64,000 nt of DNA from positions 55,738,001 to 55,802,000 of the forward strand of contig OX597829.1 of the NCBI GenBank assembly GCA_951406725.2. The letters are read 5' to 3'. The notes beneath the pieces were generated by a model. The model searched no databases, was not told the origin of the DNA, and was given only the letters and a program-made list of their open reading frames with translations. The stretch comes from Octopus vulgaris. Lineage: Eukaryota. Each line of letters opens with the position of its first letter. Position 1 is the first letter of the stretch. A program made the translations under genes and the position numbers. This document shows, in pieces, positions 13,203 through 30,099 of this stretch.

Positions 13203-13405
13203 TGTGTGTTTGTCTGTCTTTGTCCCCCCTTTCGTTTGACAACCGATGTTGGTGCGTTTACGTCCTCGTAAATTAGCGGTTCAGCAGAAGATACCGATAG
13301 AATATACACCAGGCTTACAAAGAATAAGTTCAGGGGTCGATTTTTATGACTAAAAGACGGTGCTCCAGCAAGGCCACAGTCATTTGACTGAAACACGTAA
13401 AAAGA
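13203..13405 (+). mobile_element. SINE family A, tail portion
   Basis: TTGACAACCGATGTTGGTG...TTAGCGGTTC...GGTGCTCCAGCA...GACTGAAAC. Confidence 0.75.
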
Positions 13406-13485
13406 ATATATCTATATACATAAATACATATATATGTATATACATATGTTCATGTATATATATATATAGATAGACAGATACATAG

Positions 13486-13585
<100 letters not shown>

Positions 13586-13592
13586 ATATATA

Positions 13593-13642
<50 letters not shown>

Positions 13643-13893
13643 TGTGGTGCACCTGAGCACTGTATACAATAATTTCATTATTATTATTACACGCACACAC
13701 ACACACACATATATGCATAAACATATACATATACATTTTATATGTTTATATGTATATTAGAAATATATATATATATATATATATACATATACATAGGTAT
13801 GTATGTATCAATATATAACATGTAGAATGTATACATATATGCTTATGTATATATATATACGTAAATGTATATATATGTATATGTATATATATA

Positions 13894-13939
<46 letters not shown>

Positions 13940-13942
13940 CAT

Positions 13943-13973
<31 letters not shown>

Positions 13974-13988
13974 TATATATATATATAA

Positions 13989-14105
13989 ATTGAAAATGGA
14001 GGTAAGTTTATGGGATTACTTTTTAGGTTTCCCATCCATAAAGGGTTTTGCTTCATGGAGTATCGTCAGAACCCCAAAAACCCATTGGTCCATGACGTCT
14101 TGAAA
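13989..14105 (-). mobile_element. Short island in (TA)n carrying a damaged hammerhead (PLE 3'-end relic)
   Basis: Minus strand TTTTTGGGGTT-CTGACGA-TACTCCATGAAG CAAAACC CTTTATGGATGG-GAAAC-CTAAAAA. Stem III and the cleavage triplet are missing. Confidence 0.5.
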
Positions 14106-15084
14106 TATATATATATATATATATATACATACATATGCACACACATATATGTATATATATATATATATGTGTATATGAATGTGTGTGTATGTGCGTGTTT
14201 GTATATATGGTTAAAGATGGGATCATATCATAGTTCTGTCTGTTTGATGGACATTTTTTCTTTTGAAGTCACACAGGTAACTATGTCCCACAGTCACCTG
14301 TATGGGTCCGTGACTTGATAACATAAAATGTTCTCTGACGATCCGTTGTGGTTGTGCATCTCTTTGCACCTGGAAAATTTTTTGTTGTTTTCCCAACAAC
14401 CAACATGTTGAAACGCGCGCAAGAACTTTAAAAATACGAAACTTGTGTGTTTATATCATAATTCCTCCTGCTGCATTCGTTTGTATTTCATAACTAGTAA
14501 CACTGCTTGGTATACTTGTTGCTTAACCACTATAATGGAAGCAGACTGGATTATGATAATCCTCGTGGAGATCTAAACTTAACAGTAGCAGTTGTACATC
14601 TATTTGTGTACACACAATATATACTACACACACACACACACACTCACTCACACACATGCATACACACACACACATATAATATACATATATATGTATATAT
14701 CATATATATTTTTATATGTATATATATGTATGTATATATATATATGTATGTGTATATAAATATATGTATATATGTATATTTATATACGTATTATATATAT
14801 ATATATACATACACACACTTATATAAATACATATACACACCTACACACATATCCACAAATACACACACACACACACACACACAAACAAATACAACACACA
14901 AATATGTATTGAGCAGTGGCGTAACTAGAGTGGAGCAGGTAGAGCACCTCATATTAACACAGGATATTGAGCATTCTAAGGTATAAATTATATCTTAATT
15001 TTAGTTATGATATGAAACCTTTTTTAGACTACTGCCCCTTTTCCGCCTCTCTCCCTTCCCCTTTATCTCCTTCTTCCCTCTCTT

Positions 15085-15217
<133 letters not shown>

Positions 15218-15228
15218 TTATATATATT

Positions 15229-15303
<75 letters not shown>

Positions 15304-15321
15304 GTATATTTATATATATAT

Positions 15322-15370
<49 letters not shown>

Positions 15371-15442
15371 TATACATATAAAAATATATATGCCCCTCTA
15401 TCTCCTTCCGTCTCTATAATATATATAATATATATATATATG

Positions 15443-15503
<61 letters not shown>

Positions 15504-15581
15504 CATGTGTATATCTACAAAAATATATGCATACATTCAAATTATCTCTCTATCCCTTAGTCTGTCTCTCTCTGTATGTAC

Positions 15582-15641
<60 letters not shown>

Positions 15642-16155
15642 CCTTAAAAATGTTTTGTATATATATATAAATATATATATAAAATGTTTTATATATATAT
15701 AAAAATGTTTTATATATATATATATATAAACACATCCATTAATATAACTGCAAATACAGGTTATTACATATTTAGAAATATCGATACGATATAAGATATT
15801 CGGAAAATGAGCTAATACGACACAGGAATTGGTGTTACTGACATTCACTTTCTCCTCTTTTATTAAAGTATCTTACAATTTCGTTTTGTTTTATTGCATT
15901 TCTCATGAAGAAAACTATGACAGTGAATGTTTATAAATAATGGATTTAAGCAATGAAATCAACACTACCTTTCGATATTAAATGTATATAAAATGTTTCG
16001 ATATTAAATGTATATAAAATTTGATTTCCCTCTCATTTTTTTTTCTGACTCGCTAATTTAAATTAAGAAACACATGGGGAATATAAAATGTATCTTTGTT
16101 ATAATACCGAGTACTCGCACATATATTACACATATATATACGTATGTGAATGTAT

Positions 16156-16233
<78 letters not shown>

Positions 16234-16311
16234 TGTATGTATGTATGTATGTATGTATGTATGTATTTATGTATGTATGTATGTATACTCGTAAATATGT
16301 GTATATAGACA

Positions 16312-16358
<47 letters not shown>

Positions 16359-17275
16359 CATACATGTCTGTCTGTCTATCTGCCTATCTATATATAATAT
16401 ACAGATATATATGTATGTATATATACACATGTCTGTATGTATGTATACGTATGTACATTCTGTAACCTGACACATATAGTATATATGTTAGCGATGTGTT
16501 TCAACCATAATACTCAACAGACGTTCGTATCAATCATGAATCATTTGGGTCCTAGATAATAATTATTAATGGGGTGGATTAAATGGTAAAGAGTGAATTT
16601 CTTATACACGCCAAAGAGAAACAGAACATCTATGATATTGAATGTACTAAATCTTTCGCTATATAACTTTCTGTTTCATGGCAAATAGCTCTCATATGGC
16701 AACGTATATAAGAGAGAGTCTTCCCTGCTGCGTGGCCTGCAGTACAAGGCTTTCAGTTCCGTGAGGATATAACTACAGGTGAAGATATAAATGCACCGAA
16801 AACCAGATGCATTTTAGTATCCATTTTGATGAAATTCTTTTCGCGGTGAAACCTTCAGAAAGTGCTTAACATTGCTGGACTAGTTCTCTGGGGCTGTATC
16901 TCATTCCTTACATCAAAATTTGATTTTGCGAAATATTTCCACCCCAAGTACTCAATGAATGTTCATATAAATTATGAATGTTTTGGAAGTTTCACAAGAG
17001 GTCTATGAAACAGAAAAATGTGGTGGGGGTGGCGGCGGGAGAAAAGAGTCAAACGTTGATACATGATGTAAATAAAATATGCGTCATATTATCTTGTAGC
17101 AAAGTCTTCTTCTTCATAATGTCTTATTTATATCTGTAATAGGCAGAATATAAAAAAAAAAAACAACACTTGTGTGGCCAGCAAGATAAAGTGATAAGTT
17201 TCGTGGGATAGAATATAAAACCGCCCAGAACACAACAATGTACGGAAAGGATACAACTTCTATAGTCAACTAAAG

Positions 17276-17565
17276 TGGAGGCGTGTGACTTGGTAGTTCG
17301 AGCAGCGGACTCGCGGGTCCGAATCTCAGACCGGGCGATGAGTGTGTTTATGAGCGAAACACCTAAGCTCCACGCGGCTCCGGCAGAAAGTAATGGCGAA
17401 CTTCTGTTGACTCTTTCGCCACAACTTTCTCTCACTCTTTCCTTCTGCATCTTGCAGCTCACCTGCGACGGACCGGCGTCGCATCCAGGTGGGGAACCTA
17501 TACGCCAAGGAAACCGGGAAACCGGCCCTTATGAGTCAGGCATGGTTCGAGAAGGAACAAACGAA
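17276..17565 (+). mobile_element. tRNA-derived SINE, family C
   Basis: GGAGGCGTGTGACTTGGTAGTT A-box-like head and GGTCCGAATCTC B-box-like motif. 3' region CCTGCGACGGACCGGCGTCGCATCCAGG...GAAACCGG resembles invertebrate SINE tails. GC-rich. Confidence 0.65.
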
Positions 17566-18020
17566 CATATTCAACCAAATGGAAAATAAGTGTGTGTGTG
17601 TGTTTATATCTCAATTTGTGTATCATACTAAATATAAACACTCCGTTAGTAGTCATGAGGCTGTAGAATTATCTGTGATAAAATCTCTTCATGGGCTATT
17701 TGGGTTAAAGATAAAAAAATAGATCGAAACGAGATGAACATTATCACAGCAGTGACTCGGAAACTTGTGAGTTCTATGCGTCTGATTGTCACCTGCTAAA
17801 AACGAAATTCGTATTGCGGAAGCTTCACTGTCTCCTGTATATCGAAGCAAGAATTTTTGAGCCGAAGACAATCGGGTAGACGTAATTAACAAGTCTCAAG
17901 AAAGAACAAAACGCTTCTGCCGTTCTCTTGAGTTACAGCAATGATGATGTTCGCCACGTTTCGATTTATATTGTGTTTTAACAAAGCAAGTTTACCAAGA
18001 GATTTTATCGCTGACAATTT

Positions 18021-18172
18021 CACAGCATCATAACGGTGTGTACATATTTGGTATGATACAAGATTTTAATTTAATGCTGACTGCATTGCGTACACCGATA
18101 TATTTATATATTAAATTGAAATCACGGTTTTCTATCATACCAAATATGTACACACCATTATGCTGCTGTGTA
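18021..18172. repeat. Imperfect fold-back inverted repeat (24-bp perfect core)
   Basis: GGTGTGTACATATTTGGTATGATA ... TATCATACCAAATATGTACACACC, with mismatched extensions on both sides. Confidence 0.75.
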
Positions 18173-18220
18173 ATTATCTATGCATACATACATACATACA
18201 TACATACATACATACATACA

Positions 18221-18256
<36 letters not shown>

Positions 18257-18319
18257 TATAATATGAATCTGCATGTATGTGTATATATATATGTATATAC
18301 ATATATAATATGTATATAT

Positions 18320-18348
<29 letters not shown>

Positions 18349-18358
<10 letters not shown>

Positions 18359-18554
18359 TATAGAAGGAGCTTCTACAGGACTAGTACTGTTTCATTCAAG
18401 AGAAATCTTCAGGAAGCTCAGGAGCTTCCTGAAGATTTCTCTTGAATGAAACAGTACTAGTCCTGTAGAAGCTCCTTCTATATAATAAATTAATTTTACT
18501 CTGCTATGTATTGAGTACCTTACTTACTGTGGTTAACCCCGTATCAACCCGGGA

Positions 18555-18560
<6 letters not shown>
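18349..18560 (+). mobile_element. Fold-back PLE-type mini-element: 71-bp perfect arms, 2-nt loop, ~67-nt tail, inside (TA)n
   Basis: 18349-18419 is the reverse complement of 18422-18492. Contains a hammerhead. Confidence 0.85.
18420..18476 (+). ncRNA. Type I hammerhead ribozyme
   Basis: AGGAGCTTC-CTGAAGA-TTTC TCTT GAAT-GAAA-CAG TACTAGTC CTG-TA-GAAGCTCCT: 9-bp stem I, canonical CUGANGA/GAAA, stem III loop with ACTAGT palindrome, GUA site. The first stem II pair is a U-U mismatch. Confidence 0.8.
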
Positions 18561-18604
<44 letters not shown>

Positions 18605-18757
18605 GTGAAATAGAAAGATGAATAATCTTGTTGCAGATTAATCAAAAGTTTAACCGATACCTTGGTAGCAAAAATCACAGCAGAAGACAGCACGGTTGGA
18701 GGTACAACCATATGGTGTTGCAACCGTGCGTTGGTGCGGATAATTGAATTTTAATAT

Positions 18758-18871
18758 TATTAGTGAATTGAAGAAATGGAGTTGAACGAAGATTGAACAG
18801 AAATCGTTTTATTGCATTCTAATAAAACGATTTCTGTTCAATCTTCGTTCAACTCCATTTCTTCAATTCAC

Positions 18872-18876
<5 letters not shown>
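18758..18876. repeat. Perfect fold-back palindrome (56-bp arms, 7-nt loop) next to (TA)n
   Basis: 18758-18813 is the reverse complement of 18821-18876. The arm is homologous to 50839-50881. Confidence 0.88.
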
Positions 18877-18941
<65 letters not shown>

Positions 18942-19013
18942 TTTTTTCTCTTACGAGGTTTTTCACGCTAACTACTTAATTTCTTATAAAGATTTTATCC
19001 TATTTTTAAATTA

Positions 19014-19085
<72 letters not shown>

Positions 19086-19092
19086 CGCATGA

Positions 19093-19991
19093 CGAGGCGG
19101 TCCCCAAAGAAACCGGAATTTTGCATTATTATTTTATTCACTTCGTTTTACCTGTTTACACTCTTATCACCTTCAAAGTATTCTTCATTTGAAACAGTGG
19201 GTTGGCCCAAACGCGTTTTCTACTGTTAGAATCAGTCCTGGAACTCGTGTAGAGTGAAGCCTTTTAACGCCTCCGTTATCTTTTACTTCACCTCTTCCAC
19301 ATCTGCAACTTTCGTAGCACCAGCTTTCATCACCAATGATGACCTTCCAAAGAGGTCCAGATCAATTTTCAACGGTTGTTTCAGTTCACGACACACATTC
19401 ACCCGTGACTGCTCTTGATTTTCCGTGAGCGAGCGAGGACAAATTTTCCTGCAACTCTTTTCATTCGCAATTCCTCGCTCAAAATTCGTTGGCAGGTGCT
19501 CCAGGATGCACCAGACATATCAACAAGTTTGTCAATTGTTCGGTGATGGTCCTCCAAGATCAGTTCATGAATTTCGTGATGATTTCATTCGTTCGGGAGG
19601 TCGACGGTCGCCCTGAACGAGGTTTTGTCTTCAAGCGACAAATGACCATTTCTAAAGCGTGAAAACCTCTCGTAAACATGCGTTTTGCTCATGGTATCGT
19701 CCTTGTAAGCTGTTTGAAGCATGAAACTCATTTCGGCCGCCGTTTTCCCCAGAAGAAAACAGACTTTCACGGAACATGCTGTTCCTTCATTTCAGCTATC
19801 GCAAAAATCGACAAAGGAGAAGCACTGCGAAAGAAAGACGCATAACGTGGCAGTAGGACTACACCCGATGACGCCGATCGGCAGACTGATGCCTGAGGGT
19901 CGCATCAAGTGGCTACTAGGTGGTGGAAGCCCGAACTACAACGCGCTTGTCTCAGAGAGAACGTTTCAGGTTACTTTTGGGTACCTTGTCG
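19093..19991 (-). mobile_element. Degenerate, internally deleted mariner transposon
   Basis: Diverged TIRs (CGAGGCGGTCCCCAAAGAAACCGGAA / TTCAGGTTACTTTTGGGTACCTTGTCG-TA). HTH fragment VKVCFLLGKTAAEMSFMLQTAYKDDTMSKTHVYERFSRFRNG. Confidence 0.82.
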
Positions 19992-20009
19992 TATATATCT
20001 TCTATTTTT

Positions 20010-20386
20010 TACTAGTTCAAGTTATTTGACTGCATGTTGGGACACCACTTAGAAGGGTTTAGTCAAAGAAATCGACTCCAAGGATTAATTTTAAGATCTG
20101 GTACTTGCCCAATCGGTTTCTTTGTCGAACTGCTAAGTTAAAGTGCGTAAATAAACTAACCCCAGCTGTCAGTTGGTGGTAGGGGACAAATACATGCATA
20201 AAGATACACACACAGACACATGCACACATATATATACGACGAGTTCTTTCAGGTTTCGTCTGGCAAAGCCACTCACAGGACATCGATCAGCCCAGGGTTA
20301 TACTGGAAGACACTTACTACGCCGTGGGACTTAAGCTGTAGCCATGTGGTTGGGAAGCTAACTTCTTAGCACAGTTCTACACCTGC
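20010..20386 (-). mobile_element. SINE family A, diverged near-full copy
   Basis: Reverse-complement head, short central CA/TA tract and tail. Confidence 0.7.
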
Positions 20387-20600
20387 TCGTCTATCCTCCA
20401 TAACGCAATTACAAGCTAATATTGTAACACTAAAGCTTGAAATACGAGTACGTGTGCACCACATATATACCTTATGAGGAAAATAAGAGAGGATGGAAAC
20501 AATTCAACTACACACAGTTGTCCCATATATAATAGTAAAACAGACCTAAAGAAATTAGGGAGAGCATCATATATTGAAGAACATAACAACACATTGAAGA

Positions 20601-22332
<1,732 letters not shown>

Positions 22333-22906
22333 AATACATTGATGCTGAATCAATCAAGGGAACATAGAAACAATGACAACAGCATGTCAATAATAACGAT
22401 TATAATTTAAATAAAGATCGATATTTCATCAGCAGCAGCAGCTTTACTGGAAACCTATTTTTTTTAAAATACCAAGCAGTACCATTCAGTCCTTGGGTGT
22501 CCACAGCGTAGCCGGTCCTCACAAAAACGAAAAAAAAAAAACAACAACAAAAGAAGAAAAGCTAAAAAACACAGGTATATGTGATATCACAAGAGTTGCC
22601 AAATATCTTTTCGAACCAGTAACAGCTTAAAAAGTAAAACGTACGTAACGCAGAATGGAACCCTAAATATATAAAGTTTCCAACGAGAGATGAAAATTAA
22701 GAGAAACAAATATGAAACTAGTTCTTAATAAACGAAAATAGGCAAGAAATGAACATAATTTATTATTGCTTATTACACCAATGTGTTAATAGTAACTAAT
22801 AATTATATTAATTAAACAATGAACCAATTAAAATGAAAATCACAAAAAGAAAAATGATGATCGATAATTACTCAGCTAACATAGGTGTTGCATGTAATAA
22901 AAGCAG

Positions 22907-23194
22907 TATACACACATACATACATACATACATACATTCATACATACATACATACATACAAACACACACACATACATACACACATACATACATACATACA
23001 CATACATACATACATACATACATACATACATACATACATACATACATACAAACACACACACATACATACACACATACATACATACATACATACATACATA
23101 CATACATACATACATACATACATACATACATACATACATACATACATTCATACATACATACATACATACATACATACATACATACATACATACA

Positions 23195-23226
<32 letters not shown>

Positions 23227-23444
23227 CACATACATACACACATACATACATACACACACACACATACATAAATACATACATACATACATACATACATACA
23301 TACATACATACATACATACATACACACATACATACATACATACATACATACATACATACATACATACATACATACATACATACATACATACATACATACA
23401 TACATACATACATACATACATACATACATACATACATACATACA

Positions 23445-23476
<32 letters not shown>

Positions 23477-24350
23477 CACATACATACACACATACATACA
23501 TACACACACACACATACATAAATACATACATACATACATACATACATACATACATACATACATACATTCATATATACATACATACATACATACAAACACA
23601 CACACATACATACACACATACATACATACATACATACATACATACATACATACATACATACATACATACATTCATATATACATACATACATACATACATA
23701 CATACATACACACATACATACACACATACATACATACATACATACATACATACATACATACATACATACATACATACATACATACATAAATACATACATA
23801 CATACATACATACATACATACATACATACATACATACATACATACATACATACATACATACATACATACATACATACATACATACATACATACATACATA
23901 CATACATACATACATACATACATACATACATACATACATACATACATTCATATATACATACATACATACATACATACATACATACACACATACATACATA
24001 CATTCATATATACATACATACATATATACATACATACATACATAAATACATACATACATACATACATACATACATACATACATACATACATACATACATA
24101 CATACATACATACATACATACATACATACATACATACATACATACATACATACATACATACATACATACATACATACATACATACATACATACATACATA
24201 CATACATACATACACACATACATACATACATACATACATACATACATACATACATACATACATACATACATACATACATACATACATACATACACACATA
24301 CATACATACATTCATATATACATACATACATACATACATACACACATACA

Positions 24351-24384
<34 letters not shown>

Positions 24385-27300
24385 CATACATACATACATA
24401 CATACATACATACATACATACATACATACATACATACATACATACATACATACATACATACATACATACATACATACATACATACACACATACATACATA
24501 CATACATACATACATACATACATACATACATACATACATACATACATACATACATACATACATACATACACACATACACACATACATACATACATACATA
24601 CATACATACATACATACATACATACATACATACATACATACATACATACATACATACATACATACATACATACATACATACATACATACATACATACATA
24701 CATACATACATACATACATACATACATACATACATACATACACACATACATACATACATACATATATACATACATACATACATACATACATACATACATA
24801 CATACATACATACATACATACATACATACATACATACATACATACATACATACATACATACATACATACATACATACATACATACATACATACACACATA
24901 CATACATACATTCATATATACATACATACATACATACATACATACATACATACATACATACATACATACATACATACATACATACATACATACATACATA
25001 CATACATACATACATACATACATACATACATACATACATACACACATACATACATACATACATATATACATACATACATACATACATACATACATACACA
25101 CATACATACATACATACATATATACATACATACATACATACATACATACATACACACATACATACATACATACATACATACATACATACATACATACATA
25201 CATACATACATACATACATACATACATACATACATACATAAATACATACATACATACATACATACATACATACACACATACATACATACATACATACATA
25301 CATACATACATACATACATACACACATACATACATACATACATACATACATACATACATACATACATACATACATACATACATACATACATACATACATA
25401 CATACACACATACACACATACATACATACATACATACATACATACATACATACATACATACATACATAAATACATACATACATACATACATACATACATA
25501 CATACACACATACATACATACATACATACATACATACATACATACATACATACATACATACATACATACATACATACATACATACACACATACATACATA
25601 CATACATACATACACACATACATACATACATACATACATACATACATACATACATAGATACATACATACATACATACATACATACATACACACATACATA
25701 CATACATACATACATACATACATACATACATACATACATACATACATACACACATACATACATACATACATACACACATACATACATACATACATACATA
25801 CATACATACATACATACATACATACATACATACATACATACATACATACATACATACACATACATACATACATACATACACACATACATACATACATACA
25901 TACATACATACATACATACATACATACACACATACATACATACATACATACATACATACATACATACATACATACATACATACATACACACATACATACA
26001 TACATACATACACATACATACATACATACATACATACATACATAAATACATACACATACATACATACATACATACATACATACATACATACATACATACA
26101 TACATACATACATACATACATACATACATACATACATACATACATACATACATACATACATACATACATACATACATACATACATACATACATACATACA
26201 TACATACATACATACATACATAAATACATACATACATACATACATACATACATACATACATACATACATACATACATACATACACACATACATACATACA
26301 TAAATACATACATACATACACAAATACATACATACATACATACATACATACATACATACATACATACATACATACATACATACATACATACATACACATA
26401 CATACATACATACATACATACATACATACATAAATACATACATACATACATACACACATACATACATACATACATACATACATACATACACATACATACA
26501 TACATACATACATACATACATACATACATACATACATACATACATACATACATACATACATACATACATACATACATACATACATACATACATACATACA
26601 TACATACATACATACATACATACATACATACATACATACATACATACATACATACATACATACATACATACATACATACATACATACATACATACATACA
26701 TACATACATACATACATACATACATACATACATACATACATACATACATACATACATACATACATACATACATACATACATACATACATACATACATACA
26801 TACATACATACATACATACATACATACATACATACATACATACATACATACATACATACATACATACATACATACATACATACATACATACATACATACA
26901 TACATACATACATACATACATACATACATACATACATACATACATACATACATACATACATACATACATACATACATACATACATACATACATACATACA
27001 TACATACATACATACATACATACATACATACATACATACATACATACATACATACATACATACATACATACATACATACATACATACATACATACATACA
27101 TACATACATACATACATACATACATACATACATACATACATACATACATACATACATACATACATACATACATACATACATACATACATACATACATACA
27201 TACATACATACATACATACATACATACATACATACATACATACATACATACATACATACATACATACATACATACATACATACATACATACATACATACA

Positions 27301-27870
27301 TACATACATACATACATACATACATACATACATACATACATACATACATACATACATACATACATACATACATACATACATACATACATACATACATACA
27401 TACATACATACATACATACATACATACATACATACATACATACATACATACATACATACATACATACATACATACATACATACATACATACATACATACA
27501 TACATACATACATACATACATACATACATACATACATACATACATACATACATACATACATACATACATACATACATACATACATACATACATACATACA
27601 TACATACATACATACATACATACATACATACATACATACATACATACATACATACATACATACATACACACATACATACATACATACATACATACATACC
27701 TACATACATACATACATACATACATACATACATACATACATACATACATACATACGTACATACATACATACATACATACATACATACATACATACATACA
27801 TACATGCATACATACATACACTCATACATACATATATACATACACACACATATATACATACATACACACA
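22907..27870. repeat. ~5-kb (TACA)n array
   Basis: Direct reading. Interrupted left part and an essentially pure run at about 26490-27665. Confidence 0.97.
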
Positions 27871-28807
27871 TACGTACTTAGTAGCTATACACACACACAC
27901 ACATACATGCACTCTCACACACACGCATATTACGCACGTGCTTAGTGCTTTTAGTATATATACACAACTGAAGCTAAAACAGTTCGCACATACTATTATA
28001 TATTTTGTGCGAAGCAATTCAGACTATTAATTCTTCATAATAAATTGTCTGTTGGCATGAGTTGAAAGCTCTAGAATCAACTGTTGTCGGAAATCCGAAT
28101 TTTAAAGTCGGCGAATCCCAGAGCAGCGGTTGTGTCGCCAGTTCATAAATACTTTAATATCATAATGAGCGGTTGCTAAACACGGTCGTTCACCAGAGAG
28201 GTAAAAGAAACTAAGTCAAATTTTGACTTAATTTCTTAGTTGTCTGTATTTTGAAATAAAATTCTCATTCCGATTGACTGTGTTCAGAAATGAGTCCAGG
28301 GAAATGAGTCATGAACGTTTATTACGAAGCGTGTTAGTTTGAGGACTTTCAAGGTTATTTTTTCAATAATGAGTGACCAGTAAGTCTCTTGAATATAGGC
28401 AAAAGGTACCAGGTGGGGAATAGAGCTTTTGATTTGGTGAAAACATAAAAGATCAAGTTTTCTATGAAAAAAGAAATGAGAAAAATCATTGATTGTCTCC
28501 ATAGTGTAATGAAATACGGACTTGTGTGTCCCCATGACTTAGATTAAAAATTTTCCTTTTTTTCATGCTAAATTTTATCTTTGGTTCAATGAAAACAGCA
28601 TGCTATATGTATGTACGTACGTCTGTATGTATGTATGTATGTATGTATGTGTGTATGTATGTATGTATGTATGTATGTATGTATGTATGTATGTATGTAT
28701 GTATGTATGTATGTATGTATGTATGTATGTATATGTATGTATGTTATGTACGTGTATGTATATATGTATGTGTATAAATGCATTCATACGAATGTAAGTA
28801 TGTACGC

Positions 28808-28841
<34 letters not shown>

Positions 28842-28869
28842 TTCGGTTTTTAATTATTTGAATTCTTCC

Positions 28870-29830
28870 TCTGAGGAAGGAGCTGGTTTCTGATAAAGAC
28901 ACAAAAGCCCCATAAGTGAAATGTAGATAACAAAAATGAAAACCATATCACATTCTAAACTTGAAGAAAGTCTTGCATATTTTTGCTGTTCCGCTTACAG
29001 AATGTATTTGTAGTGTGCGAATTGGTTGCTTTCTTTTTCTGAAAATCTAAACTTAACCAGATTGTCACTTAGGCATTTACTTACAGAACCAAATACACCA
29101 GATATTATTGGTACAAGCGTAAGTTTGTAATCTGGATATAGAAGTTGGAGATTTCGCAGCAATTCTTCATAGTTATCCTCTTTCTGATTTTCAAGTAGAT
29201 ATTCATATCTGCGGGATAGCTGACCTCTATGGCAATGCATACTTCTTCATATCTGTCCCAAGCAACAATATCTGGTGTGCTATGTTTACACTTGACAGAT
29301 GTATTGATGGAAACGCTCCACTAATATTCCTTGTTTTAATGTTTATGAATGTATTCAGTAAGAGAGGAATTCCCCATGCTAATTCCAGGGAAGTCATTTT
29401 TTTTTTAATGAAATAACATATTTTAACGACAGCGTTGTGTCGCACTGGGAGATGGCATTTTTGGGCAGTTGCTAATCAGATGTGTGATGTATTTCTCAGA
29501 AATATGGCATAATCAACACCATCGGTTGTATCTCGGTGCTCAAAGGTCTTTATCACAGCCTCTTTTGTTTATTTGGTATTTTGTAACAATCTCCCGTTCT
29601 TGGATTGCAAGTGCATGTAGCGGATTCCAAGTGTAATGTAGCGGTCACCGGTTTAAGTGAGGCTTCACTTCATGTCAATATTACTGCCTTCTTTAAGCCT
29701 TCGGGAAACATATCCACGCATTGTCGTTTTACGGTATGTTGAGCATTTCACATCCAAGTCTTTTGAGGTATGTTACTCCGGCTGTTTTGGAGTTGCAATG
29801 GAGGTCATCAGAGAGAGAGAAGGAGAGACG

Positions 29831-29898
<68 letters not shown>

Positions 29899-30090
29899 GA
29901 TGGTGGAACAGAGAGAAAGAGAGAGAGAGTACTCCTGTCGAGCTCACTGTCGATACAAGGGATGTTTTCTTCGCTTTTCAATTATCTTTATGTATTGATT
30001 TTTTGCTGTTGTTCAGCAAGTGTTGTTTGAAACAGACTGTACGACATTCGAAGTGAGTCTGCGCTGGTCTCAGACCTTTACCTCACTTTT
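28870..30090 (-). mobile_element. Second, diverged R4/Dong-like 3' fragment (CCHC plus restriction-like endonuclease), interrupted by (GA)n
   Basis: LAIQEREIVTKY, LCHISEKYITHLISNC, RHNAVVK, KEDNYEELLRNLQLLYPDYKLTLVPIISGVFG. Confidence 0.7.
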
Positions 30091-30099
30091 ATTGGGGTG

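Noticed and set aside
22833-27871. Very long ORFs (up to 1307 aa of MYVC/HTYI repeats) and similar ORFs at 8090-9175 and 35589-37084
   Set aside because: Translations of (TACA)n microsatellites, which lack stop codons; not genes.
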